Of a stretch of 64,000 bases of DNA, positions 29,253-39,577 are shown in pieces. Position numbers and translations under genes: made by a program. Under the pieces are notes generated by a model. It was not told the origin of the DNA and ran no database searches. It saw only the letters and a list, made by a program, of their open reading frames with translations. Where the stretch lies: the NCBI GenBank assembly GCA_963664225.1, contig OY760937.1:5056001-5120000 (forward strand), given 5' to 3'. How positions within the stretch are numbered: the first letter of the stretch is position 1; each line of letters opens with the position of its first letter. Source of the DNA: Verrucomicrobiia bacterium. GTDB lineage: Bacteria; Verrucomicrobiota; Verrucomicrobiia; Limisphaerales; UBA1319.

Positions 29253-31124
29253 TCAACGCACGCCCGCCGGTTGAGAGAGTTTGGGGCGTTTGGGAGTTTC
29301 CTTGAAACTGGCCCATTTATTCAGCGGGATAAGGCCCGCGAGGATTATGAGCACCTGGCTGGCAATGAAGATGATCAACCACTTAAAGGCCTCGTCCATG
29401 AAACCGTAGGAATGCAATCCGATGCCGAGCATGTTAACTCCGAACCAGGAGAAGCTTGTGACGATGTTGCCAAAAATGGCCATGTTCATGAGGCCTCGCG
29501 CCCCGACAAGTTTACCCCAGTGGGCGTGCAGGATGGCCGCATTCCAAATGACGATGATCAGAGCGCCGTTTTCCTTGGGGTCCCAGCCCCAGAAACGGCC
29601 CCAGGATTGGTCAGCCCAGATTCCCCCCAGCACGGTGCCGACAAAGCTGAACAAAAGGGCGAAACATACGACGCCATAGACCATTCCCTCGAGACCTGCG
29701 GCGGTTTTCACGGAGAGCGACCGTGTGAATACACCGCGCAGGATGTAAATCAACGCCAGAAAACCGGCAACAAATGTGGCCGCATATCCGAGGGTTACAG
29801 TGACCACATGGGTCGCGAGCCAGAAATTGGTGTCCAGCACGGCGCGGAGCATTTCCATGGTATCGCCACCGAGGGCGAGGTTATGGGCAATGATTTGTGT
29901 CGTGAATCCGATGGTGGCGGCTGTGACACTGCCGATGCCGTCGCGGTAGGTGCGTTCGAGGAAGATTCCCAACAGTACGGCAGCCCAGCCAATAAAGATG
30001 GCTGAAGAATAAAGATTAGTCACGGGGGGACGGCCTTCAAGAACCATGCGGAAAACCAGTCCAAAAGTGTGCAAGCCAAAGGCCAGAACAATCAAGTATT
30101 GAGCTGAGCGCCGGAGCCATTCCGAGAGGTTAAACCACGAAACGCAGGCGAGGATGAACGCCAGGACATACAGGACCATGGTTTTATAAAAAGGCTGGAA
30201 GTGGCTGAAACCGGCTTCCCTGTCCGCCTTGTTTAATTCCGGGACATAGCGCTGACCGAGCCAGTTGCGATAATTGCCAACAGCTTGATTAAAGGGATCC
30301 GGTTTGCCTTCGCGATAAGCCGAGCCCATCGTAGCATAAAACCGAACGGGTTGGGGGATCCCATTGGTTTTTGCATATTCAAGAACAGCTCCGCCCACAT
30401 TCATCCAATTATCCCTTGGGGTATCGGTCAAAGCTGGTGGAATGGTCAAAGGATAAGCCAGACGCATGACGAGGTCGAAGCGGTTGATCATTCCGACAAA
30501 GTCACTGAAGACGGCCTTATCGTATGGTTTTCCAGCCTGCTGATTCCGGACGGCCACGATACCCTCGGGCAATAATGTTTCAAAATCCTTCAATTCAGTG
30601 GCAAAATCCGTTGCGTTTTCAGGTTGCAAACTGTTTTTAAGACGGCGATAGAGTTGAAGGGACTGCTCCAATTTAAGAGTCTGCTTTTCAAAAGTGGTGC
30701 GCAGAGCGGATTCCTTTGCGTTGACCCGCTCGCTTTGGCGGTCGATTTCCTCGAGATAGGGTTCCAGCTGGGCAAAGGAAAAATGTTTCTCGGTCTCGGG
30801 CAATTTTAGCAGACTTAATAGTTCCGGATGGTCGATGCGAAAGACCTTTCGGGCATCAGCCGCCGGGGCATTAAAAAAGACTTCCAGGAGCCATACTGTG
30901 GCGGTGAGAGTCTGGCCATTCTCGAGGGCGACGGATTGTTTGTTGCGAATTTCGAGCAGGGCGTTGCGGGCGACTGAGTCCATCGGTTGGACGCGGCCGT
31001 TGAGCAGGACGGGGAGTCTGCCAAACTCACGCGTCTGAAAGCCCTTTTCACGTACAGGGAAGAGGGAGGCCAGAATCCATACCGCGCAAAGGCCGGTCAA
31101 TATCCAGGGGAACCACTTTTTCAT
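29253..31124 (-). CDS. ccsA: System II cytochrome c biogenesis protein CcsA with large periplasmic N-terminal domain
   Basis: GRVQPMDS, GRPPVTNLY, WLATHV, GGIWADQSWGRFWGWDPKE (WWD domain), GLHSY. Confidence 0.93.
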   Translation of the reverse strand: MKKWFPWILTGLCAVWILASLFPVREKGFQTREFGRLPVLLNGRVQPMDSVARNALLEIRNKQSVALENGQTLTATVWLLEVFFNAPAADARKVFRIDHPELLSLLKLPETEKHFSFAQLEPYLEEIDRQSERVNAKESALRTTFEKQTLKLEQSLQLYRRLKNSLQPENATDFATELKDFETLLPEGIVAVRNQQAGKPYDKAVFSDFVGMINRFDLVMRLAYPLTIPPALTDTPRDNWMNVGGAVLEYAKTNGIPQPVRFYATMGSAYREGKPDPFNQAVGNYRNWLGQRYVPELNKADREAGFSHFQPFYKTMVLYVLAFILACVSWFNLSEWLRRSAQYLIVLAFGLHTFGLVFRMVLEGRPPVTNLYSSAIFIGWAAVLLGIFLERTYRDGIGSVTAATIGFTTQIIAHNLALGGDTMEMLRAVLDTNFWLATHVVTVTLGYAATFVAGFLALIYILRGVFTRSLSVKTAAGLEGMVYGVVCFALLFSFVGTVLGGIWADQSWGRFWGWDPKENGALIIVIWNAAILHAHWGKLVGARGLMNMAIFGNIVTSFSWFGVNMLGIGLHSYGFMDEAFKWLIIFIASQVLIILAGLIPLNKWASFKETPKRPKLSQPAGVR

Positions 31125-32269
31125 GCGGATTTGCGTTCTTTGATGAATCCCACCAAGTGAGACATGAATTGAATGAGCAATCCCGCGGAGACGAGGGCGC
31201 AGGAAACATAGGGGGTGAGCCAGCCAGGATTGCGGACGACCTGAAGAATGGTGACCTTGGGATTGTTTTCGTCATATCCCGATTGGTAAAAGGTTGCGCC
31301 TCCATAGCGGAGTGGATTGTTCATATAAATCAGGACCTCGCGATCCTCGCCGCTGGATTTATTAAGGAGTCGCACGCGACTGGAGAAGTTCTTTGGAATC
31401 TCGGTGCCCTTATATTTGTCGTGACTGAACTTCAACAGTTCGATGTAGAAGGGATTATAGTAGCGGGCTGGACGCATGACCAAATTGTAGGACCTGCCTG
31501 CGACTTGAAAGGACTGTGGATCCTCAAGCATTGCGGAAGCCAGCCATGTGCCGGCATTGCCTTGGGGAGTAACAGGCTCAATGATGACACTGGGGAGGTT
31601 TCTTTCGTCCATCTTGACCGTGGAGGGGACCTCGCGCACCGCGATCGATTGCCCAAAGCCCTGTGAGGCTTCCGTGGCTCCCGGGGCGTTGGTTTCCAAC
31701 TGGCTCAATCGAGAATTGCGCCAGTAATGGTTGACCTTGAGCGCAAATGGGAGTGAGGGAATCTGAATCTCTTTTTCACGCGCCAGCAGGCTCTCCGGAA
31801 TGGCGACCACTTTTTCGGACTGCCCCTGGGTGGTGTCGATGAGAGCCAATTCGTATTTACTGCTGTCTTCGGAATAATTTTTCACTTCCCCCTCGCTCAG
31901 GCGCATGTGGCTTTCCACTTGCATCCAGTCGGTGGCAAATTGCCCGACGAGAAGCAAGGCGATGCCTCCATGGGTCAGTTGAAGGCCAATGGTATCCCTG
32001 TTGAAGCTGAAACGACGCAGATAGGAGGCGGTGAGGTTGATCAGCAGAACGCCGCCGACCATATAGCCTCCCGGAAATACAGGTATTTTCAGCGGCAGTC
32101 CCGGCGGGGACCAGTAAATGATCATGCTGCGAAAATAGCGGTTTTGAGCAGCGAACAATCCCTCATGCACCTGAGCGATGGTCCCAACAAAGACCAGAAC
32201 CAATGCAGCAACAAGACAGGCGACCGTGAGTTTGAGGGAACTAAAAAAGCTTAAGATGCGTTCAGGCAT
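31121..32269 (-). CDS. ResB/CcsB-like cytochrome c biogenesis protein
   Basis: SSLKLTV..GTIAQ, THGG, NFSSRV, MNNPLRYGG.TFYQS; overlaps the ccsA start (ATGA). Confidence 0.85.
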   Translation of the reverse strand: MPERILSFFSSLKLTVACLVAALVLVFVGTIAQVHEGLFAAQNRYFRSMIIYWSPPGLPLKIPVFPGGYMVGGVLLINLTASYLRRFSFNRDTIGLQLTHGGIALLLVGQFATDWMQVESHMRLSEGEVKNYSEDSSKYELALIDTTQGQSEKVVAIPESLLAREKEIQIPSLPFALKVNHYWRNSRLSQLETNAPGATEASQGFGQSIAVREVPSTVKMDERNLPSVIIEPVTPQGNAGTWLASAMLEDPQSFQVAGRSYNLVMRPARYYNPFYIELLKFSHDKYKGTEIPKNFSSRVRLLNKSSGEDREVLIYMNNPLRYGGATFYQSGYDENNPKVTILQVVRNPGWLTPYVSCALVSAGLLIQFMSHLVGFIKERKSA

Positions 32270-32270
32270 G

Positions 32271-33332
32271 TCATTGGGCGGATTGAACGAATTTCAGGAA
32301 GGCGTCCTTTTCGCGGCCCGCAGTGGAGTCCTGGCCCAGCAGTTTATAAAACCAAGTCTGCCCGGCTTTGGGAACGATCACCGCGATCATTCGAGTTTTC
32401 GTCTGTTCCGAAATCATGTCCAATAAGATGGCCTTGTTTCCGCCAAGGTCAAGGGGCTCAGTAACTTTGCCCAAATCGGCCTCTTGAACGGCGGGCATGC
32501 CGATCTGGCCTCTCCAGCGATTGACATTGGCCAGAGTGCCGCCGACATCGCCAGGAAACACCGCAACTGTGATTTCCGCAGATGCCCCATTCTCAACAGC
32601 GGACTGAAATTTGGCGACCTGCATGGGGCCTGGGCTGAGTTGCTTCCATGACTCGGGAGTTTTCCATGTAGGCTTGGCCGCAGAAGATTCCGTGGCTGGC
32701 GCGGACATGGTTTGTTCAGTTGGGCGTGGCGTGGGGGTGGCGTTGGTCTGTGGGGCTGAGGCAAAAGACAGATTTTTCAGAAAGTCGATAAAGGTCGATT
32801 TTTGGGATGCCACCAGGGCGTCCGGTCCGGTCATTTTGATGAACCATGTCATGCCTTCGCGATTGAGAATGGCGCCGAGAATGCGGGTGGCCTGATTTTG
32901 GTCTGGCGGGGTGCCAGCCATGTCGTAGAGCTGGCCATCCATGCCGGCAATCGTAACGGTCAGCTTTTGTGTGGCCAGAATGCTCGCATTGATCGGTTCC
33001 AAGCCTATCTGTCCCCGCCAGCGATTTACATTTTCCAGATCTTTGCCGGCCAGATTGGGGAGGGGGATGATGCTGGTTTGGGCTTCCTGATTGTCTTTGT
33101 TCTTCACCGAGAAGGAGGCCACGCGCATTTGACCGGCAGGCAATTCGGTCCAGCCGACGGGAGTCTGCCATTTAATCTGCGCAGGGCCGGTTGCGGCAGG
33201 GGATGCCTGCATGGCCGGCATCTCTTTTTCCTTTGGAACATCATAAACCTGCACTTCGTCGCGCTTGCAGCCCACAAAAACCGCCATGGCGAGAACGGCG
33301 ACAACGAGGTTAAGCGAGTTGGAATGGACCAT
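32271..33332 (-). CDS. Lipoprotein with two tandem copies of an uncharacterised NVNRWRGQ domain
   Basis: Lipobox FVGC after ATG 33332; two repeats W.TP..W..L..G.M.VA.F..NVNRWRGQIG..TWF.K..G; ends 1 bp before resB. Confidence 0.8.
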   Translation of the reverse strand: MVHSNSLNLVVAVLAMAVFVGCKRDEVQVYDVPKEKEMPAMQASPAATGPAQIKWQTPVGWTELPAGQMRVASFSVKNKDNQEAQTSIIPLPNLAGKDLENVNRWRGQIGLEPINASILATQKLTVTIAGMDGQLYDMAGTPPDQNQATRILGAILNREGMTWFIKMTGPDALVASQKSTFIDFLKNLSFASAPQTNATPTPRPTEQTMSAPATESSAAKPTWKTPESWKQLSPGPMQVAKFQSAVENGASAEITVAVFPGDVGGTLANVNRWRGQIGMPAVQEADLGKVTEPLDLGGNKAILLDMISEQTKTRMIAVIVPKAGQTWFYKLLGQDSTAGREKDAFLKFVQSAQ

Positions 33333-33518
33333 TGAATAATTTATGGTTGGCGGCAGTTTGCCGCAGGTTTTTGTTGTGCTCATGATTAAAAACAAACCGG
33401 GACGGCTCTTTTTATGCCATTTGGCCCCGGCTTCAGACTATAACACATCCGCAGAGAAAAGCAGCCAGGAAAATTCGATCCTGGCCGCCACCTTTTGCAG
33501 GGCAGGGCCTGCAAAGTG

Positions 33519-35258
33519 CTAACTGGTGCTCACGCTGAGCAGGAACTCGATGTTGCTGCCGGTTTTTTTGAGCTTGCCCAGGAGCAAATCCATGGCTTCG
33601 ACCGGAGGAACTCCGGTGAGCGCCCGGCGCAACAGCACAATGCGATTGTATTCGTCGGGATGATAGAGCAATTCCTCTTTGCGGGTGCCGGACATCTCGA
33701 TGTTGATTGAGGGAAATATGCGGCGCTCGACCAAATGGCGATCCAGGTTGACCTCCATGTTGCCCGTGCCTTTGAATTCCTCGAAAATCACCTCATCCAT
33801 GCGCGAACCCGTGTCGATCAAAGCGGTGGCAATGATGGTCAGGGAACCGCCCTCCTCGATGTTACGCGCCGCGCCAAAGAAGCGTTTGGGCTTGTGCAAT
33901 GCGTTGGCATCCACGCCGCCGGACAGGATCTTGCCCGAATGGGGCTGAACCGTGTTGTAGGCGCGCGCCAGACGGGTGATGGAGTCCAGCAGAATGACGA
34001 CATCCCGCTTGTGCTCGACCATGCGTTTGGCTTTTTCGATGACCATTTCGGCCACCTGAATGTGCCGCTCGGGTGGTTCATCGAATGTGGAGCTAATGAC
34101 CTCTGCAGGTTTGCAGGAGCGCTCCATGTCGGTGACTTCCTCGGGGCGTTCGTCGATGAGGAGGATGAAGCAATAGGCCTCGGGATTATTTTTCAGAATG
34201 GCATTGGCCAATTTTTGCATCAGCACGGTTTTGCCCGTGCGGGGCGGGGCGACGATCAAGCCGCGGGTGCCTTTGCCTATTGGGCAAACCAGATCAAGGA
34301 CGCGAGTGGACAATTCCTCGGGATTGGTTTCCAGAATGAACCGTTTGTTCGGGAACAGAGGCGTCAGGTTGTCGAAATGCGTTTTGTCCTTGGCCTTATC
34401 CGGGTCTTCCTTATCCACCACCTCGATTTTCAAGAGCGCGAAAAAGCGTTCCTTTTCCTTGGGAGGACGGATTTGACCTGCGACCAGATTACCCGTCTGC
34501 AGGTTGAAGCGGCGGATTTGCGATGGGGATACGTAAATATCCTCAGGACAGGGCAGATAATTAAAGCTCTGGGAACGCAGGAATCCAAAGCCGTCAGGCA
34601 GAATTTCCAGAACGCCTTCCGAGAACATGATGCCACTGCGCTCGGCGCTTTTCTGCAGGATTTGGAAAACCAATTCGTGCTTTTTGAGCGTGCCGAAATT
34701 TTCAATGCCGAAATCCTTGGCAATGGTGTTCAGGTCGGGCATGGACATCGCCTGTAATTGGCTGATGTTCAATGCTTTGGCGCGTGCTTCAGGGGTTGGC
34801 GGCGGAGGCAAAGGCTCGTCCTCGTCCTCCGGTTCAGGCTGGGGAGGCGGCTGGGGTTTGCGCGGTTCTTCAATGGCCGGTTTCAGGGCCACGCGCGGGA
34901 CGTAGTCCACCGTTTCACCCGGCTCGAGGCGATCATCAAATTCATTTCGCACGGGGGTTTCCGGGGCCTTGGGCACGGCCAGGCTGGTTTCCTCCGGCTC
35001 AACTTCGGGTTCGGGGAGAACAGCCGCAGGCGCGGACGGTTCCGGTTTCGGCGCCGCCTGAGCCGGTTTTACGGCAGGGCGTCTCACGGTTCGCCGCGGT
35101 TTCGACGCAACTTCAAGGACCTCCGGTGCGGGTGCTTTAATTGGAGCAATAGGGGCCGCCGGGTTGTCGTTCAACGGAAGCTCTTCCGTTTGCAACGCTT
35201 TCTTGGTCTTTGCGCGAGGAACCTTCGGCTTGTCCTCTTTTTTCGGAATTCTAGGCAT
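33519..35258 (-). CDS. rho: Transcription termination factor Rho with ~160-aa Pro/Glu/Lys-rich N-terminal extension
   Basis: [60 protein letters not shown]. Confidence 0.97.
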   Translation of the reverse strand: MPRIPKKEDKPKVPRAKTKKALQTEELPLNDNPAAPIAPIKAPAPEVLEVASKPRRTVRRPAVKPAQAAPKPEPSAPAAVLPEPEVEPEETSLAVPKAPETPVRNEFDDRLEPGETVDYVPRVALKPAIEEPRKPQPPPQPEPEDEDEPLPPPPTPEARAKALNISQLQAMSMPDLNTIAKDFGIENFGTLKKHELVFQILQKSAERSGIMFSEGVLEILPDGFGFLRSQSFNYLPCPEDIYVSPSQIRRFNLQTGNLVAGQIRPPKEKERFFALLKIEVVDKEDPDKAKDKTHFDNLTPLFPNKRFILETNPEELSTRVLDLVCPIGKGTRGLIVAPPRTGKTVLMQKLANAILKNNPEAYCFILLIDERPEEVTDMERSCKPAEVISSTFDEPPERHIQVAEMVIEKAKRMVEHKRDVVILLDSITRLARAYNTVQPHSGKILSGGVDANALHKPKRFFGAARNIEEGGSLTIIATALIDTGSRMDEVIFEEFKGTGNMEVNLDRHLVERRIFPSINIEMSGTRKEELLYHPDEYNRIVLLRRALTGVPPVEAMDLLLGKLKKTGSNIEFLLSVSTS

Positions 35259-35260
35259 AC

Positions 35261-37432
35261 TTAATAAGGGAGTGGAAATTTTTCGGTTAATGCGCGAACA
35301 CGCTGGCGAACCGCGCGGGCGGCATCGGCATTTTTAATGTCCAATATCACTTCGCTGATCATGTCGGCGATGGCGGCCATTTCGGTTTCTTTCATGCCGC
35401 GCGTTGTGACGGCGGGAGTGCCGATGCGAATACCGCTGGCTTGGAATGGCGAACGGGTTTCGAAAGGAATGGTGTTTTTATTGACGGTGATGCCGGCGGT
35501 GTCCAGAGCGATCTGGCATTCCTTGCCGGTCATGCCGCGCGATCCCACATCGACGAGCATCAAATGGTTGTCCGTGCCGCCGCTGATCAGGCGGAATCCA
35601 TTGCGGAGCATGCCATCCGCCATGACTTTGGCGTTGGCGACGATTTGCGCCTGATAGGTTTTAAACCCGGGTTGCAGCGCCTCGTGGAAACAGACGGCCT
35701 TGGCCGCGATGACGTGTTCGAGAGGGCCGCCCTGCACGCCTGGGAAGGCTTGCGAATCGATTTCCTTCGCGAATTTCTCCGGGCAGAGAATCAAGCCGCC
35801 GCGCGGACCGCGCAGGGTCTTGTGGGTGGTGGTGGTGACAAAATCGGCGTGTCCCATCGGGCTGGGATGGAGCCCCGCCGCAACCAGACCGGCAATGTGG
35901 GCAATGTCCGCCAGCAAGTAAGCGCCCACTTCACGGGCGATCTCCCCCATGCGGGCGAAATCGATGATCCGGGGATAGGCGCTGGCGCCCACGGTGATCA
36001 TGCGCGGCTTATGCAGACGGGCCAGATCGGCCAGTTCATTGTAGTCGATGCGTTCGTCCTGCTGCGATACGCCGTAGTGGACGACCTCGAAAAACCGACC
36101 GGAGAAATTTGCCTTGTTACCATGGGTCAGGTGACCGCCGTGACTTAAATTCATGGTGAGGATTTTGTCCCCCGGCTTGAGCATGGCGAAATAGACGATC
36201 ATGTTGGCCGCGCTGCCGCAATGCGGTTGCACATTGGCATGTTCGGCGCCGAAGAGTTTTTTCGCGCGTTCGATGGCCAATTGCTCGACCACATCCACAT
36301 ACTCGCAACCGCCATACCAACGCTTGCCCGGATAGCCTTCGGCGTATTTGTTGGTGAGCACCGAGCCCTGGGCTTCCATGACCGCCGGGCTGGTGAAATT
36401 TTCGCTGGCGATTAATTCGATGTTTTCCTGCTGGCGCTGCAGCTCCATGCGAATGGCTTCGCTGATTTCACCGTCCACGGACTTGAGGCGGAGGTTCTCC
36501 GGTGTGGTCGCACTTTCGATCTTACTGACACGGCGCTGGTGGCGTCCGGCATCGAAAGTGGCCGACACGAAAGCCTGGGCAATTTTTTTGGCCTCTTCAA
36601 TGGAGGTGGTTTTTGAACTCAGGCAGAGGATGTTGGCGTTGTTATGCTGGCGGGCCAGAGTGGCGGTTTCCTCGTCGTAAACCAGTGCGGCGCGCACTCC
36701 GGGATATTTGTTGGCCGCCATGCTCATGCCCAAACCGGTCATGCAAACCAGGATGCCCAGATCGTTCTGATGGTCGATGATGCTCTCGGCCACGGAGTGG
36801 GCGTAGTCGGGATAATCCGCCGGTTCGCTGGAGTGCGTGCCCGCGTCGGTCACGGTCCAACCGGATTGTTGAAGCCAGGTTTTGAGGGCTTCCTTCATTT
36901 CGAAACCGCGATGATCGGCGCCCAGGACGATTTGTTTGCGTTGAGCAGAGTGGGGCGTGTTTTCGGCGCCCCGGTTGTTTTGTTCTATAAAATTTAACAT
37001 GGAGGGTATGGCTTGTTTAATTTGATCCCGACAGAGGGCATACACATCAAAATTTCCTCCGATGGGATCGGAAATATCTTTTTCGTAGGGTTCGAGGGAA
37101 TCTTCAAATTCCCGCATTAAAAATGTTTTTTCCAGGGATTGGGGATAGAGCAGGTTGATGGCGTCAACGTGGCTGCGGGTCATTCCGAAAATGTAATCGG
37201 CCTGGTCCACCAATGCATTGGTAATTTGGCGGCTGCGCTGGTTCGAGATGTCGATGTTCAATTCCCGCAAAGCCCGGATGGCGAGCGCGCTGGGCGGCTG
37301 GCCGTTCATGGCTCCCACTCCAGCGGACAGGATCCGGTATCCACCACGGCCTTCGACAGCGCGTCGGAACAAGCCTTCAGCCATGGGGCTGCGGCAAATG
37401 TTTCCGGTGCATACAAAAAGGACTGTCTTCAT
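35261..37432 (-). CDS. glyA: Triple fusion: LMW protein phosphatase + ribose-5-phosphate isomerase B + serine hydroxymethyltransferase
   Basis: One 723-aa [16 protein letters not shown] (LMW-PTP); GADHRG..DYPD..ANK..HNNANIL..GRHQRR (RpiB); [30 protein letters not shown] (SHMT). Confidence 0.93.
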   Translation of the reverse strand: MKTVLFVCTGNICRSPMAEGLFRRAVEGRGGYRILSAGVGAMNGQPPSALAIRALRELNIDISNQRSRQITNALVDQADYIFGMTRSHVDAINLLYPQSLEKTFLMREFEDSLEPYEKDISDPIGGNFDVYALCRDQIKQAIPSMLNFIEQNNRGAENTPHSAQRKQIVLGADHRGFEMKEALKTWLQQSGWTVTDAGTHSSEPADYPDYAHSVAESIIDHQNDLGILVCMTGLGMSMAANKYPGVRAALVYDEETATLARQHNNANILCLSSKTTSIEEAKKIAQAFVSATFDAGRHQRRVSKIESATTPENLRLKSVDGEISEAIRMELQRQQENIELIASENFTSPAVMEAQGSVLTNKYAEGYPGKRWYGGCEYVDVVEQLAIERAKKLFGAEHANVQPHCGSAANMIVYFAMLKPGDKILTMNLSHGGHLTHGNKANFSGRFFEVVHYGVSQQDERIDYNELADLARLHKPRMITVGASAYPRIIDFARMGEIAREVGAYLLADIAHIAGLVAAGLHPSPMGHADFVTTTTHKTLRGPRGGLILCPEKFAKEIDSQAFPGVQGGPLEHVIAAKAVCFHEALQPGFKTYQAQIVANAKVMADGMLRNGFRLISGGTDNHLMLVDVGSRGMTGKECQIALDTAGITVNKNTIPFETRSPFQASGIRIGTPAVTTRGMKETEMAAIADMISEVILDIKNADAARAVRQRVRALTEKFPLPY

Positions 37433-37727
37433 AATAAAATACGATCCATGCTTTTGGGCTGGATTATCGCTTTAGCTGTCGGATGCCACTCAACATATCG
37501 TAAAGTAAATCATTCGCCAAAACAAACCGTTGGGATCCGGGGCTTGATAAAAGCATGGAGCCTTAGGATTCAAGCACGGAGAAAGGTCTTATCCTGGCAA
37601 GTGCGCGCAATTTGGACCGGCGAGCTTGCTGCGTCAATTAAATAATGACCATTGGCGGGCGGCAAAATGCGCATGATTTTTGCAAAGAACTGATTTCATG
37701 CCGTTTGCGCAAAGTGATCCTGAATTA

Positions 37728-37774
37728 CTTAAGAATGTTTTTTAATTGATTGCGTGCGCAGTGCCTTTTAGACT
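37728..37774 (+). promoter_or_regulatory. sigma70-type araB promoter with abutting operator-like site
   Basis: TTGATT (37746-37751)-17 bp-TAGACT (37769-37774). CTTAAGAA-tgt-TTTTTAAT (37728-37746) matches 13/16 of the 5272-5290 palindrome. Confidence 0.6.
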
Positions 37775-37863
37775 GATGGCGATTTAAAACCCTGGCCGTC
37801 GATTTTTGTGTGGTAATGAATTCCATGACAAGGTGATCGAAAGACCTGGGTGGTTCCGGCACA

Positions 37864-39564
37864 ATGAAATCATTTATGAGCGCTCATTATACCATAGGCT
37901 TGGATTACGGCACTAATTCGGTTCGGGCCCTGATCGTGGATGTCAAAAACGGACGCGAAGTCGGCACTTCGGTTTGGGATTACGAACACGGCACCCAGGG
38001 GATCATTCTGGCGCGCGATCCCCAATTGGCACGGCAGCATCCGGTCGATTACGTTAAAGGAGCGGAGTTAACCATCAAGGGGGCGCTGAAGGAAGCGCAC
38101 AAGACGGTGCGCGGATTCAAGCCCGAGCAAGTCATTGGGATCGGTGTGGACACGACCGGGAGCACCCCGATGCCCGTGGATGCCAAAGGGGAATCCCTGG
38201 CCTTCCAGCGAAAATTTGCGAACAATCCGGCGGCAATGGCCTGGCTTTGGAAGGATCATACCGGAGTCGCTGAAGCGGCCGAGATCACCGAACTGGCGCG
38301 CAAGATGCGTCCGGAATATCTGGCCAAGTGCGGCGGCACCTATTCGAGCGAATGGTTCTTCAGTAAGATTCTGCATTGCCTGCGAACCAGTCCGGCGGTC
38401 TTTGACGCGGCCAACATGTGGGTGGAATTGGCGGATTGGGTGCCTGCGGTGCTTACGGGCACACAAGCGCCGGACAAGATCAAGGTGGGGGTTTGCGCGG
38501 CGGGTCACAAGGCCATGTTCAACAAGGCGTGGGGCGGGTATCCGGACGCGGAATTCCTGGGTAAATTGGATCCGAAAATGGCCGGGTTGCGTTCCCGACT
38601 TTGCAAAGAGGCCGGCACGGTGGACCAGTCTGTAGGCGGTTTGACGGCAGCCTGGGCCAAACGCACCGGATTGCCTGCGGGGATTCCGGTTGCCGTGGGG
38701 GCCTTTGATGCGCATTTGGGTGGAGTGGGTTCGGGCATTGCGCCTGGGACACTCGTCAAGATAATTGGCACCAGCACCTGTGACATGATGGTGGCCCCAG
38801 CGAATGAAAAACTGGCGGATATTCCCGGATTATGCGGAATCGTCAACGGCAGCATTCTGCCGGGCTTTTATGGACTTGAGGCGGGCCAATCGGCCGTGGG
38901 CGACATTTTCAACTGGTTTGTGAACCGGATCCAACCCGGGGGCGAGGTGAAGGGTTCGTTCAAGGAGTTGACGCCTTTGGCTGAAGCCCTGAAACCCGGA
39001 GAAAGCGGATTGCTGGCGCTGGATTGGAATAATGGCAATCGGACCATTCTGGTCGATCAAAGGTTGACCGGACTGCTTTTGGGACAAACGCTTTACACAA
39101 CACCGGCGGAGATTTATCGGACGCTGATCGAAGCCACGGCTTTTGGCGCGCTGACGATCATCAATCGTTTCGAGGAATACGGGGTGCCGGTGCGCCAGAT
39201 TGTCAATTGTGGCGGTATCGCGGCGAAGGATCCGCTGGTGATGCAGATCTATGCCGATGTCACGGGACGTCCCATGAAGGTCTCGCGCTCGTCTCAGACG
39301 TGTGCGTTGGGCGCGGCCATTGCCGGAGCCGTGGTGGCGGGTAAAAAAGCGGGCGGGCATGAAACATTTGCCGCGGCACAAAAGGCGATGACCGGTCTGC
39401 GTCCGCGCGTGTTCAAGTCCAATCCCAAGGCCCATGCCGTTTACAAACGGCTCTATGCGCTCTACCGGAGCTTGCATGACGCTTTTGGAACGAAGGAAGG
39501 CGCAGGCGATTTGCATCGAGTGATGAAAGAACTGATCGAAATTCGCGACAGTGTCCGACGGTAA
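37864..39564 (+). CDS. araB: L-ribulokinase
   Basis: IGLDYGTNSVRA, ARQHP.DY, GVDTTGSTP, LWKDHT, YSSEWF, GTSTC, EAGQSAVGDIF, LDWNNGNR. Confidence 0.93.
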   Translation: MKSFMSAHYTIGLDYGTNSVRALIVDVKNGREVGTSVWDYEHGTQGIILARDPQLARQHPVDYVKGAELTIKGALKEAHKTVRGFKPEQVIGIGVDTTGSTPMPVDAKGESLAFQRKFANNPAAMAWLWKDHTGVAEAAEITELARKMRPEYLAKCGGTYSSEWFFSKILHCLRTSPAVFDAANMWVELADWVPAVLTGTQAPDKIKVGVCAAGHKAMFNKAWGGYPDAEFLGKLDPKMAGLRSRLCKEAGTVDQSVGGLTAAWAKRTGLPAGIPVAVGAFDAHLGGVGSGIAPGTLVKIIGTSTCDMMVAPANEKLADIPGLCGIVNGSILPGFYGLEAGQSAVGDIFNWFVNRIQPGGEVKGSFKELTPLAEALKPGESGLLALDWNNGNRTILVDQRLTGLLLGQTLYTTPAEIYRTLIEATAFGALTIINRFEEYGVPVRQIVNCGGIAAKDPLVMQIYADVTGRPMKVSRSSQTCALGAAIAGAVVAGKKAGGHETFAAAQKAMTGLRPRVFKSNPKAHAVYKRLYALYRSLHDAFGTKEGAGDLHRVMKELIEIRDSVRR

Positions 39565-39577
39565 TCCAAGGCTTGAT

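Noticed and set aside
35260..35267. CTTAATAA half-site of the ROK operator
   Set aside because: Only one arm; it coincides with the glyA Tyr-stop codons.
37433..37600. ZTP, glycine or THF riboswitch, or SRP/6S RNA, upstream of glyA
   Set aside because: Did not find ZTP (GACUGGCG..CGCCUGGG), glycine-riboswitch or SRP (CAGG..GNRA..AGCA) consensus motifs; kept only as an unassigned structured element.
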